A stretch of DNA of 64,000 nucleotides from NCBI GenBank assembly GCA_030390025.1, contig JASTWF010000035.1:2914001-2978000 (forward strand), written 5' to 3'. Numbering within the stretch: the first letter of the stretch is position 1; every line of letters begins with the position of its first letter. The notes under the pieces were generated by a model, which was given only the letters and a program-made list of their open reading frames with translations, was not told the DNA's origin and made no database searches. Both the position numbers and the translations under genes were made by a program. The stretch is from Squalus acanthias. Lineage: Eukaryota. Positions 11,914 through 24,280 of this stretch are shown piece by piece.

Positions 11914-14012
11914 CTGTGGGAAACAAGATCAGTGCAGTATTTACTCTTTGGCAGTTTTTAACTGGTTAATATGATACCATTTCTTGTACTTAACGCCCTT
12001 TTTCCCCAGTAACTAAATCAAATAAACCGCGGGGTTCAATCGGTCTATAATCGTTTGCGGTCCCCACCACCTGGGCTCAAAGGCATGCTTCTTTTTCCCA
12101 TAATTTGGAATCATTACGGTGACCCCCACCTGATACTCAAAGGGACGTACTTTCTTGTCAAAGTACCTTTTAATTTGTCTTTTTGATTTCCCCAATTTCG
12201 TGGCCACAAATCGATTCATCTGATCGGTGTGATCGACCACTTGTTCCAGCCACTTGGAACTCCATGGTTCCATTGTCAGGGGGCCCATCCCCGTTAGTGT
12301 TAGCTGGCCTGGCGTTCTCATCAGTCTCCCCGTCATGGCCTGATATGGGGAGACTCCTGTTTTATGAGGTGTGGACCGCATTGCCATTAAGCACATTGGC
12401 AGCATGTTAGCCCATTGAGTGGGGTGGTCCACACACAATTTTTTTAACATTAACTTGAGGGTCCTGTTCCCCCTTTCGACCCCTCCGGACGACTGGGGGT
12501 GGTGGGCAATATGTAGTTTGTGTTTTATCCCCAACATTTCCTGCAGGGTGGGTAAAAATCTTACTGGTAAAGTGCGAACCTTGATCACTGTCCACCTACA
12601 AAACACATGATTTAATAGTGTTTTAGCTGCCGTGATGTGGTGTTGGAGCGGCAGGGGAATGCTTCGATCCATTTAGTGAATTGATCCACCACCACTAGGG
12701 CATGCCGAAAATTGCCTTGCGCCTGTGGAAGTGGCCCAATGAAGTCTATGTGGAGGTGAGTCCATGGCCCTTGAGGTGGGGGCGCGCTTTGAAGCAAGGC
12801 TCGGTTAGTGCACGCGGGAGGATTGTGCTGCAGGCACGGTAGGCATCGTGCCACATTTGGTTGATTGTTTCCCTCAGGGAAGGCCACCAAGCTGTGGATG
12901 CTACCTTATAGAAGGTTACCAGGGCCGAATAGTGCCCTGCCGTGGGGTGGGAGTGAAAGAGGGAGAGCAGCTCCTGACCCAGCTCTGGTGGAACACACAC
13001 CACCGGGCAGGCCTGTGGCTTTCTTTTGAACATCAGCAACTGCTCCGCTGAGTCAGGGGCAGTGGCTAGTCTGGGATTGGGGGCCCAGGCTGTCGGTTGA
13101 GGAAGGGGTCTGCCTTCCTCATGCCAGGTGCTTACAACGGCATATCGCCAGTATTGCTGCTGCAGGGATTTTAAATCTAGGTGATCTGTTGGGGAGCCCT
13201 TGCTAACAGCATTGCAGGGCTCAACAACTATATCCTCTATCTCCCCATCAATCGCAGCGTCCTTGGCTGCTCTGTCTGCTCTGGAATTTCCCTCACTATG
13301 TGAACCCCCTCTTCTATGGGCTGCTACCTTTCCTATGAAGCAGGGCTGGGATCGCTGTTTAAGGTATGACCAGAGCAGGCGTAACCAGGGCCCATGGACC
13401 AGGGCCTTACTGTCTATTGTACGGTAGTCATTTTTGTGGTATAGGGGCAAGGAGAGCATGGTGTTTATAGCATAGGCACTATCGGACCATATATTCACGG
13501 GTCTATCTGAGGTTTCTTTCACGGCGGTTAGAAGTGTGGCGATTTCTGCATATTGTGAGGACTGTCGGTTGCATCATCGCTGGATGGTTCTCTCTGGCAA
13601 TACCACAGCATACCCGGTGTGGGGGGATCCCTCGATGTGCTATGAGGACCCATCAATGTAGACATCTGGGGCTCCCTGTATGGGCTCTTTCTGCACAGGA
13701 TGGGTCTCAAAGTTAATCAGGGGTAGCGGACATTCATGCGGTTCCCCCTCATAAACCAGAAATTGTGGCAGCAATGTGGTGGGTTTGGAAATGATACCAA
13801 TGTCTCTTTCCATAAATTCCAATGTCCATTTGCTGAGGCGCTGCGAGGAAACTAGCGAGTCTCCAGGTTTCATCAGTAGGTTCAGAGGCGTGTGAGCACT
13901 GTGAAGGATGGTCGCTTGTAGCCCAGAAATAAAGGTCAAATGATGCACCAGAGGACGGCCAGCAGGTGGCGCTCGCACGCAGTATACGTCTTCTCTGCCC
14001 CCTGCAGGATTC

Positions 14013-14567
14013 ATAAGAACATAAGAAATAGGAGCAGGAGTCGTCCATTCGGCCCTTCGAGCCTGCTCCGCCATTCAATATGATCATGGCTGATCTTCTG
14101 CCTCAACACGGTGGCATAGTGGTTAGCACTGGTGCCTCACAGCGCCAGAGACCCTGGTTCGAATCTGACCTCGGGTGACTGTCTGTGTGGAGTTTGCACA
14201 TTCTCCCCGTGTCTGCGTGGGTTTCCTCCGGGTGCTCCGGTTTCCTCCCACAGTCCAAAAATGTGTGGGTTAGGTTGATTTGGCTATGATAAATTGACCC
14301 TTAGTGTTAGGGGGGATTAAATATGTGGGGTTATGGGGATAGGATGGGATATGTTAGGGGGAATTAAATACGTGGGGTTACGGGGGTAGGGTGGGATATG
14401 TGTACTGTGGGGATTAAAGCAGGGACAGGGTACTGGATTTGGATGATCAGCCATGATCGTATTGAATGGCGGAGCAGGCTCGACGGGCCGAATGGCCTAC
14501 TCCTGCTCCTAGATTCTATGTTTCTATGTTTCTATGTAACTCCATTCACCGGCCCTATCGCCATATC
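14013..14567 (-). mobile_element. Very short CR1 3' end inserted in pol, itself interrupted by a SINE
   Basis: ATTC duplicated at 14009-14012 and 14568-14571; removing the insert restores ASR-ILQGAEKTY. Confidence 0.8.
14108..14537 (+). mobile_element. HE1-like V-SINE
   Basis: tRNA-like head (tggcatagtgg, gttcgaatc), V-core (gtgtggagtttgcacattctccccgtgtctgcgtgggtttcctccggg), CR1-derived tail (ttctatgt)n. Confidence 0.9.
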
Positions 14568-16364
14568 ATTCGAGACGCACATGCAATGGGCTGTAGTCGA
14601 TCAGCTCGCGTTTGGCACAGAACTGTGGCGAGGCTTTGTTCTGTGGCCCCGACCTCCAAAAGGAAGGGCTGTGTGGGATCCGGAGGAATCAGACATGCGG
14701 CCTGTATCACTGCAGTTTTTAATTTGGCCACGGACTGGGTGTGAGCATCAGTCCATGCCGGGCGTATATCATCACCCTGCAGTTTTATCAAATCATACAG
14801 GGGCTTTGCACACTCTGCAAAGCCTGGGATAAAGTTCCTTTGGTACCCCACCAAACCCAAGAATGATCGTAGGGCTGTTTAGGAAGTGGGTAATGGTAGT
14901 CGCTGTATTAGCTCCACCTTGTGGGAGTCGGGGGACGATCCCTCTGGAGAAATGGCCACTCCCAGAAAGGTGACCCGTTCTTTTACCAACTGAGCCTTCC
15001 GGGGATTCACCTTTAGTCCCACCTGAGCCAACAATCTCAACAGTTCGTGCAAAAGGGACAGATGCTCCTCCATGCTATTGGTTGCCAGCAGTAGATCGCC
15101 TACGTACTGTAGCAAGCAGGTAGGGCGGGAAAAGTCTTTTCAAACTGCAGCCATTCTTTTGTGGAAGATCGTGGGGGCATTGTGGAACCCCTGGGGCAAG
15201 CATGTCCAGGTATAGCTCTGGTCCGCAAATGTGAACGCCAATTTGTACTGGTCCTCGCTTTTCACAGGGATACTCCAGAATCCATTGGCGATGTCGAGGG
15301 TCGAGAAGTACTTGGAACCAGCAGGAATTTGAGATAATATGGTTGGAGCTTCTCTTACTACCGGTGAGCAGGCTGGCATTACAGAATTTAACTTTCTGTA
15401 ATCAATAGTCAGTCGCCAGCTGCTATCAGGCTTTTTAACCGGCCATGTGGGTGATTTGGTTGTGAAAGTGCCTGTCCTAACAACACCCTGCTCGACTAGG
15501 GATTTTATGGAGTCTCGGATGTAAGGGTGACTCTCCCTTGGGATGGGGTACTGTTTAGTGAATGAGTGGGGGTCCCTCAATAGACTCTTCGCCTGCCATT
15601 TTTCCACAATTTACCTGAATTAGTTTTGCCACAGCTTCATTTTCGCTCCCCGGAGGGTCATACTCGGATGGCTTTTTAATAGCAAAAACAGAGTCTGAAA
15701 TTTCTATCATTTTTGCATTATTTCTCAATCCCATCCAAACACAGTCCCGATTGTAATCTATTACCGCGCCATACCGATCCAACACATCAGTCCCTAAAAT
15801 TCCCCTTCCGTCGGGGGTGGTCATCAGCATCGGCGCTGGGACCTTACAGGTGAGGCCTCCCAACTGAAGTTCAGAGGCCTTCCCGGTGGTTGTATCACCA
15901 TTAAACCCTTTAAGGGCCGTACAACCCTTGCCTGACGCTGCATGGTGTTCAGGGTATGGGATGTGGATGATGGTAACGGCTGAGCCAGTGTCTATAAGTA
16001 TAATCTGCTGCCGGCCCCCTTTTAAGACAACAAGGACTACTGCTCCCCCGCTACCATCACATCGGAACCCCACTTCCAACCAATCTTTGGGGGCCAAACC
16101 CTGTCATAGGGTGGATCCTTGGAGGGGTCCCTCCAATGGGTGTGCATTGGCGATAGGATTTTGCATTCCCAATGGGTGTGCATTGGCGATTGCGTGCACT
16201 GGTAAATGATTTTGCATCCCCCCCATGACAATTTGGGCTTTCATGAGGGTTATCAACTGGTCCAATTGTTGATCTGTCCCAGAGGGCTTGGATTCGTCCT
16301 TTTTTTAGCAGGGTAACTAACTGAGCCAATTATTGTTCCATCCCAGAGGGTTCGGGTTTATCCT

Positions 16365-18101
16365 TCAGGAGGTATCTATGCGTTGCATCGTGGTCCGGTG
16401 CTTGTCTGGGTCTCCGGCAGTGTTTTGCTCGGTGACCTTCTTACAATTAAAGCACTGTCCCCTAAAGGGGTAGTACCTCGATCCCTCCACCGCTGACACT
16501 GGTTTATTTGCGGTGGGTGGTGACTTCACCTTTAACTGGTCTTTTACCATCTCCCAGGCTCTTTGAACGTTAGTCTCTATATCTGTCCACTGATCGGCGG
16601 GCCTCACAGCTATGCCCAGGGTGCTTTTAACTAAAGAGTGGAGTTGGGTCAGGAACGTTGCTCTGAATTGTTCCTGGTCCTTTCCTGCTGCAGCATGTGC
16701 GAGTGCCTGGTTCTGGGGACGTTCACAGATATCGTACAGACGATTACTGAAGGCTCTAGGGGTCTCATCTGGGCGCTGTTTGGTCTGACTAAGCATAGCC
16801 ACTAAGTTTAAGTTTTGGATCCCTAAATGGTTTCGGATCTTGGTCACGACTGCATCGGTCGCTGTGCCACGCTGGAGGATCACGTCTGGCAGATTATTCT
16901 TTAAAGAAGTGGAACAGGCCAAGAGGAGGACTCGTGTTAAGTCTCCCTCGTCTAACTCTGGGTGACCCCTCCTGAAATTTGCCCACCTCCTATTAACTAC
17001 CAGTGGGTCGTCCCCATCATTAATGGGCCCCAACTCGTGGCTACACGCCGTGGCGTCAGCACCAGATATGGGCCGTGAGTCGGTATGGTTACTAGTGATG
17101 TGACCATGCACATTACGCCGTAAAGAGGTGGTGACTACTGCTACGCTTGGCCCTTGTGTCTCCAAGGTATCCCATCCTACACCGCCCTCCTGGGGATTAT
17201 ACTGACTGCCTTCCTCTTCCCAATCTGTCTCCCCCTCATCCCCTTCTGTTGTCTCTGTTATGGCTCCCCGTGTTACTGCGGATACTACAGCCTGTTGCTG
17301 CCCTAATTTACTCTTTAGCCGCGCTATTTCTAGGTGGCACCAGGAGTGGTCTGCCTCCCAACGTGGCTTCTTAATTGCTTCCCTTAATGCCCCCCTAACG
17401 TCTTCTACTTCCTGCCAGAGCCCCAGGTTTTCCAATTTATATTTCTTGAGCTCCAACCTCGTTTCATTCGCTGCTGCGACGGCTGCTCCTGCATTTAAAT
17501 TTGAGAGGCTTTGTTGCCGTAGCAACGAAGCTGCCTGCTCGGCTCCTCTTTCTAGTTGCCTGATACTGTGGCCTAATCGATCGATTTCTTGTCTCAAATG
17601 CTGGATTTCTCCCTCCTTTAACTGTCTAACAAGCTGGATGCCTTCTTCTTTCTGTTCTTTCATACTTTGAATCTCTTTTTCTTTTAGTTCAATCTCTTTG
17701 ACTTTTAGTTCTTTTAAATCTCGAATCTCTTTTGCATCCTGCCTCATTAATTCCTCATCTCTCCGAGCACAGTAATGTGCCCCGAATGCCAAGAGACCGT
17801 TTGCCTGTTTGGGCCTTAGCTTTCCCTCATCTACCCTCTCCTGGATAAATACCACAAGCTCCCCAAAGGACGCATGTTGGCCCTTACAGATGCATCGTGC
17901 CCGTAACTCTTGTAAGTCCCTTATAGACACCTTTTCGTATATTTTTTCATGGTAGGCTACAGCTACGTCTTTTGCTGGCTTTTCCTATTCCCCCGATCCC
18001 TTCCTCCTGTGTCTTTTGAATTTACTTTTAAACTTCGCACCACAGGTTAGAATCGCAACTCCCGAAATTTCCAATTGTTTAAAAGAATGATCTAAAGCTA
18101 T
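16365..18101 (-). pseudogene. gag: gag with long N-terminal coiled coil and frameshifted CCHC knuckle
   Basis: 521-aa ORF 16365-17930; the frame extends upstream through one TAG to an ATA-GCT just after the PBS; E/K-rich heptads, MHR-like QRPDETPRAFSNRL, CFNC../GHRAKHC across a frameshift. Confidence 0.85.
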
Positions 18102-18109
18102 CTCGTCAG

Positions 18110-18127
18110 ATCCCGGATCAGCCCCCA
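18110..18127 (-). promoter_or_regulatory. Primer binding site, tRNA-Pro
   Basis: TGGGGGCTGATCCGGGAT, 16/18 identical to the canonical Pro PBS TGGGGGCTCGTCCGGGAT, 4 nt after the 5' LTR. Confidence 0.9.
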
Positions 18128-18131
18128 ATTT

Positions 18132-18778
18132 TGTAAGCTTTTTATTTCGACTGGCATTAAATTGACAGCAAGACCAATTCTTTTGAAACAATTTGGAATA
18201 AGTTTATTAAACACACACACTCATGCACATCAAAACAATAGCCTACTGGTATTTATGGACTCCACTCGATTACAACTCATAAGGTAATGGGTTAGATTTA
18301 CACAGACTGGTACTAACCTGAGTCAAGCAATGCACGCGGCCATTTTCCTTGCTCCTTGTTCTGGTCTGCAGAGGGAGTGCTTCTTGTTCTTCCGCGTGGT
18401 CGTCCACAGAGAGAGAGCCTTTGGTTCCTTGTTTTTATATCTTTTTAAAGTCCATTGTCTTCTAGTTTAAATTCTTAAGATGCCACAATTGGGTCTTAGA
18501 TTCTGGCAGTTCTTGATTGGCTTTCCTTTGAACATGTGTCTGTCTGCAGTGGCTAGTGCCATTTCTTGATTAAGTTAATTGTTTGTTAAGTCCTTTTAGT
18601 GGCTCTTGAGTTTCGATGGTGTCTCTGTGGGGGGTTATCCTGTTATAGAGGTTTCCTTTGTTAAGTTTCACGCCATTGCCTTACCCAGGGGAGATCCATA
18701 CACATCAAATTTATCTTTATCTTATATTAATAGTCTCGAGTCCATCACACATACAAAACATAGATTTTTATTCTTACA
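18132..18778 (-). repeat. 5' LTR (647 bp)
   Basis: Direct repeat of 10921-11643. Confidence 0.95.
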
Positions 18779-20416
18779 CTGCTGTCTGCCACAGGGAACG
18801 TCTTCGCAAGAATCCTCCTCAATCGCCTTCTTCCAGAGGCTGAAGAGCTCCTCCCAGAGTCGCAATGCGGATTCCGCCCACTAAGGGGCACAATGGACAT
18901 GATCTTCACCGCGCGCCAATTACAAGAGAAATGCAGGGAACAGCACCAACCGCTGTACATGGCCTTCTTTGATCTCACAAAGGCCTGCGACACAGTCAAC
19001 CGTGAGGGATTATGGAGTGTCCTCCTCAAATTCGGCTGCCCTCAAAAGTTTGTCACCATCCTCCGCCTGCTTCACGATGACATGCAAGCCGTGATCCTGA
19101 CCAACTGTTCCACCACAGACCCAATTCACGTACGGACCGAGGTCAAGCAAGGCTGTGTCATCGCACCAACGCTCTTCTTGATCTTCCTTGCTGCAATGCT
19201 CCATCTCACCCTCAGTAATCTCCCCGCTGGAGTGGAGCTAATTTACAGAACAAACGGGAAACTGTTCAACCTTCGTCGCCTCCAGTCCAGATCCAAGGTT
19301 GTCCCATCCTCTGTCGTCGAATTATAGTATGCAGATGACGCTTGCGTCTGCGCACACTCGGAGGTCGAACTCCAAACCATCGTTAACACCTTCACCGAAG
19401 CGTACGAGAGCATGGGCCTTACACTAAACATCCGTAAGACAAAGGTCCTCTACCAACCTGCCCCCGCCACACAGTACTGCCCCCCGATTATCAAAATCCA
19501 CGACAAGGCCTTGGACAACATGGACCACTTTCCATACCTCGGGAGCCTACTGTTAACAAGGGCAGACGTCAATGACGAAGTCCAACACCACCTTCAGTGT
19601 GCCAGTGCAGCCTTCAGTCGCCTGAGGAAGAGAGTGTTTGAAGACCAGGACCTCAAACCCAGCACCAAGCTCATGGTTTACAGAGCAGTAGTAATACCCG
19701 CCCTCCTGTATGCTTCAGAGACATGGACCATGTACAGCAGGCACCTCAAAGCACTGGAGAGGTACCACCAACGCTGCCTCTGCAAGATCCTGCAAATCCA
19801 TTGGCAGGATAGGTGCACCAACGTCAGTGTTCTCGCTCAGGCCAACATCTCCAGCATCGAAGCTTTGACCACGCTCGATCAGCCCTGATGGACGGGTCAC
19901 ATACCCGATACGAGACTCCCAAAGCAAGCGCTCTACTCGGAGCTCCGACACAGCAAGAGAGCCCCAGGTGGCCAGAGGAAACTCTTCAAGGACACCCTCA
20001 AAGCCTCCTTGAAAAAGTGCAACATCCCCACCGACACCTGGGAATCCCTGGCCCAAGACCGCACAAAGTGGAGGAGAAGCATCTGGGAAGGCGCCGAACA
20101 CCTCGAGTCTCTTCGCCGGGAGCAAGCGGAAGCCAAGCGCAAACAGCGGAAGGAGCGCACGTCAACCCAAGCACCCCACCCACCCGCCCTCTTCAACCAC
20201 CATCTGCCCCACCTGTGACAGAGACTGTAGGTCCCGCATTGGACTCATCAGTCACCTGAGAACTCATTTTTAATGTGGAAGCAAGTCATCCTCGGTTCCG
20301 AGGGACTGCCTAAGAAGAAGATTATGATGGATAGAAGGAAATTTAGCTAAGTTAATGCAAGACAAAGTGCCAGATTACAGCCTAGGATCTGGAAATTGCT
20401 GAGACCCCAGAAATTA

Positions 20417-20995
20417 TGGAATGATTCTTAACTCCCAAAAATGGGTGGTTGGTTCGGGTCAAAGGTTAATATTCAAAAAAATCCAAAACAGGAACCCAAC
20501 CCGCCCACTTCCAGTTTTAACGGAGACAGGACAAACGGAGGGCGACCAATCCACTAGCGGGAAGCGGGTTGGTCATTTAAATATTATAATGAAGCTGCGT
20601 GACTTCATTTTAAGTCATTCTATTTTTAACTCATGTTGGCCGGGTTTCCCAGGCCTCGGGAAAGTTGGCAGGTGAAAGAAGGCAAGTTGGGCTGAATCCA
20701 TGAGATAAGTGCCTTTACAGCACTGCTTGTGGACCAGGAGGAGCAGGAGTGTTTCCTCCAGGCCCAACAAGCTGCCCAGGGAACCCGCCCACCTGCGATC
20801 GGAACCACCCTTCCACGATCTCCCACTCCCCCCCACTAGACCTACCTGCGCTCCTTGGCTGAGACCTTCTGCTGTAGGCTTCCCGGCCCAACAGGCCTCC
20901 AGCCTGTAAATCGAAACCGACAAAACATTTTAAATGAGTTCTGCAGTTAAAAACTGTCGGACATTTGGGAAACCTGCTCTTCCGGGTTTCATGGA
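20417..20995. mobile_element. Probable non-autonomous DNA element
   Basis: GC-richer block with internal inverted segments (aacccaacccgcccacttcc / gggaagcgggttggt) interrupting an old CR1; ends uncertain. Confidence 0.4.
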
Positions 20996-20999
20996 CTTC

Positions 21000-21530
21000 A
21001 GCAAAGACTCTGAGAAGCTACCACATGGGAGATTACCAGAGAAAGTTAAGGGCTATGGAATAAAGGAAGGATAGCAAACTAGATTAAAAATTGGTCAGAA
21101 GGGAGAAAACAAGACAGTTGGAGTTAAGGGCAGTTTTTTCAGAGAGGTTGGAAGTGGGTAGTGATGTCCAACAGGGTTCACTTCTGGGGCCACACCTATT
21201 CACTGTAATTTTGATATAAGCCTAGAGGCAGTGGTGTTGGAATTTGCAGGTGATACCAAAGTAGGAGGTATAGTTAATCCCTTAAGGCCAAAGGATATTG
21301 ATAAGATGGGGCAATGGGCTCAAAAGTGGCAGATGGAATTCAATGTCAGTAATCGTTGATTATATTCTGATGCAAGTAGGCTCGTGTTGTGGAAGACCAG
21401 TGGGATTAGGGGTGCAGGTTCACAGGATATTAAAACTTTAGTAAGCCCTCAGTTAGAGTACTGTGTGCAGTATTGGACTCCAGATTATAGGAGGATATTG
21501 AGGCTTTAGAGAGGGGGCAGCATAGATTCA
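21000..21530 (+). mobile_element. Old degraded CR1 ORF2 fragment
   Basis: Residual QGS-LGP, FA-DTK, KWQMEFN and PQLEYCVQYW motifs. Confidence 0.75.
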
Positions 21531-21667
21531 TTATTTACTTTGTACTAATGATTAAAAGTGGGAATTATTTACAGGTAAGAGCTCCCAGGAACTGCAGGTA
21601 GAGACACTACACTCATGTTACCTGATAATTAACAGCTTTGACCTGTATCTTCTCCCTTTCTCCCCAG

Positions 21668-21760
21668 GTACACCTATTTGGTTGATGGTATTTCTCGTGC
21701 TGATTCTGATCTTGCTTCTTGTGGCATTTTTAATACTGTTATACTATCTGAAGAAAGAGG
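21668..21760 (+). CDS. Putative host transmembrane exon (gene A), phase 1-1
   Basis: Strong acceptor tcttctccctttctccccag| and donor GAGG|gtgaga; 93 nt: (G)TPIWLMVFLVLILILLLVAFLILLYYLKKE, a TM helix plus basic stop-transfer. Confidence 0.75.
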
Positions 21761-23769
21761 GTGAGAACACCGACGACGACACATCAGATAGATCCAATCT
21801 CAGTGAGAATAATCCCACTGTGAGGTACAGCGCCACTATTTTCATTGGGATATCTCACAATTTTCACTGTGGAAACGCTAAACTTTTTGATGCTCATTTC
21901 CATAGAACTGATCCTACTTCATATCCTAACCAAGCCGATGTTTTTGTCAAATGATTCCTAATCTCCAGCACCCGAGGCTCAATATCCTGAATAGCCCATA
22001 ACACACAGCCACAGCTCAACTCAAAGCTCCAAATTATAATGATAGGCTGAACGAAGGAATTTGAGAAAGGGGGATTGCGATGTGACATGACCTAGGTCTT
22101 TAATCATAGTCACTGCGCTCCTGCACCTGTACCGGTGTCAGCTCTTCAACTGGAACTGTCCACCCTAATCCCATTCCCAGCCTTTTCCTGTAACTTTTAT
22201 ATTTTTCTGATAATAATCCTCTGTCTGTATTGCAGGCCAGATGGAGCCCTTAACTTTCTCTGATAATCCCCCATGTGGTAGCTTATCCCAGTTCCTGGGA
22301 GATCTTACCTTTAATATCCTTTGTTACTAATTTATCAACCAGTGGAACCAATCTTTCACTCTTTATCCTCTGAAAAACTTTCATTATTTTGAAAACCCGA
22401 TGAATCTCCCCTCTGAAAAGCCCCAAATTTTCATCCTTTCTTCATAATGATAATCCCTGATTCTAGTGAATCCTAACTGTCCCCTTTCCATGGCTCTGAT
22501 ATTCTTTCCATAATAGGGTGCCCAGAACAGCAATGTGCCAGCTCTGGCCCAACCAATGATGTGTGCAGATTCAACATCACTTCATTGTCCCATTGTACAA
22601 AACCCAGAGTCCCATCTGTCTTTTTTATGGCCTTTTCACTTGTACTCCCACCTTTAGTGTATCCAGCCCTAGCTCTCGCTGCTGCTCTACTCTGCTAAGA
22701 ATCTTACCATTACAGTACACATCCTTTCTCACTTTACCTTTTCCAAAATATACGACTTCACATTTCTCTGCATTGAACTTCATCTGCCACCCATCTGCTC
22801 ACCTACATGTTCAGATTTGCCTGGGCACTAAACAGGTGCATCATACCTGAAGCGCACTGCTCCTGTCCAGTCCCGGGATCACCGAGCTCCTATTCTGGGC
22901 CATTTGAAAGGCTATGGGGCAGCCAAGGCACACCACTGTCCTCTCGCAGGGCCTAACCCCAGCGGTTAGGGGCAGGGAAATCAGGAGTAGCTACAGGCCT
23001 CTCAGAGCACATAGATCAGCAGCCAGATGTCAGACTTCTGGAGGGGCTAAAAATACCTGTAATTCTTTGACCTTCCCCAGGACTCCTTTCAAGCCTCTGG
23101 TCCACAAGGGTCCGAGGGCAGGCCACCGCACCATCTCTTCTGAGGTATCCAGGAAGCTTTGTATCCACTAAGTAAGGCTGGGGTCCCAGGACCTCCCCTC
23201 TTGCCTCAATGAAATGGCTCCATCTGGCCTGCATTTACTTAAGACACAGTCCCAGCTCTGCACCCCCCAGAAATACCATGGCAGCATTAATGGGGCGGAG
23301 ACCTGACTGTCCTGCTCTCAGGAAACTCTCAGTTCCCCAGGGTCAAGGGCCAGGAATATCGGCCCTACTAATCACCTGCATTCTCCCTCGCTGTTCACCA
23401 TGTTCCCTAATTTGGTATCAGCAAACTCCGGCATTCCTCCTGTACGTAATTCTAAATCATTTATATAATGGAAAAGAAGAAATGTCCCATTATGATGAAA
23501 TTCAAGGCTAGCGATTTCCGCCGCCCCCCCCCCCCCCCCCACTAGTTAGTCGGTGCTAAATCGGTGTTCTCCTTTAAATGTGATCATCAGGTGAGAAATG
23601 GAATTGAAGGTCATAAGAATAAGTTTAGATGATGATAATTGAGTCATTTATGGAGTGTTAAGAGTTTGAATCCTTGTTCAGAACACGGCGACATTAATTT
23701 CCACAGTTTGAGGGAATTGGTTCTTTTCCCTGTATTTCCCCAGACCCAATTACTCCAATCTTCTCCTGA

Positions 23770-24246
23770 CCAGCCTCAAACTCCAACTCAGCCAAAACTC
23801 AGGCTCATATCCTGTACCACCTCAAACTCTGTTCACCATCACCCCAGTCATCCTACACTGGTCCCTTATAGCCTCAAATTTTACATTTTTATCCTTGTCT
23901 TTAAATTCCCTCATGGCCTCACCAAACTCTGTAACCTCTTCCAGCTCTAAAACTCCGCTGAACACTCTGACTCCGGCCTCTAGTGCCTCTCACCTCACCC
24001 CATGGTCCTACCATTGGTAACTCTGCTTTCAGCTCCCTAAGTTCCACTCTAGACTTCCCTCCCTAAACCCCTTTACCTCTTCACCGTTCCCTTCCTTTAT
24101 GACTCCCCCTTAAAACTCAGCTCTCTGACCAAGCTTCTGGTCACTCTTCTTAATCTCTCTTTTTTGGGCTTGACAGCTGTTTTGCTCACACCTTGGGACA
24201 TTTCTCTACATTCAAGACACGTATAAATGCAAGTTATTGTTATTGG
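23770..24246 (+). mobile_element. L2 LINE 3' end fragment
   Basis: Degraded L2 C-terminus and tail ccttgggacattt...tataaatgcaagttattgttattg. Confidence 0.65.
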
Positions 24247-24280
24247 TGTTCAATCGTGTCGCTCCAGAAATTCTACTTAT

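Larger units (their letters stand above)
11941..16097 (-). pseudogene. pol: pro-pol: protease, RT, tether, RNase H, integrase (frameshifted)
   Basis: ILIDTGS/GILGTD; LTIDYRKLN, LDIANGFWSIP, LPQGFHNAP, QYVGDLL (YVDD mutated); tether PIACASR..AEKTYTACERHLLA; RNase H VYIDGSS, WSDSAYA, KVAAH..GNSRAD; IN HSHPTAGH..CLPC, HIDFIGPLP, SDQGSHF, PQSSGGVER, KWYHINQLK. Confidence 0.92.
10921..18778 (-). mobile_element. Endogenous retrovirus-like provirus (lokiretrovirus-like), full length and decayed
   Basis: Paired TG..CA LTRs, CTGC TSD (10917-10920, 18779-18782), tRNA-Pro PBS, gag-pro-pol with two RNase H-type domains, env TM remnant. The element itself is certain; lineage is inferred. Confidence 0.85.
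10638..20320 (+). mobile_element. 5'-truncated RTE-clade LINE, split by the provirus (10638-10920 and 18779-20320)
   Basis: NYRGVSLL|SATG continuous across the provirus; MAFFDLTKA, VKQGCVIAP, YADD, C-terminal CPTCDRDCRSRIGLISHLRTH, (AAG)n tail; ATTATGAT duplicated at 10630-10637 and 20321-20328. Confidence 0.9.

Noticed and set aside
14108..14180. tRNA gene (also ~24285 and ~31657)
   Set aside because: A/B boxes run directly into SINE/LINE bodies; these are tRNA-derived heads.
10921..18778. Ordinary Ty3/Gypsy assignment
   Set aside because: Second RNase H, Pro PBS and env-like TM argue for a retrovirus-like element.
22805..23520. Possible DNA element or exons
   Set aside because: No clear ends, motifs or splice-site pair could be supported.
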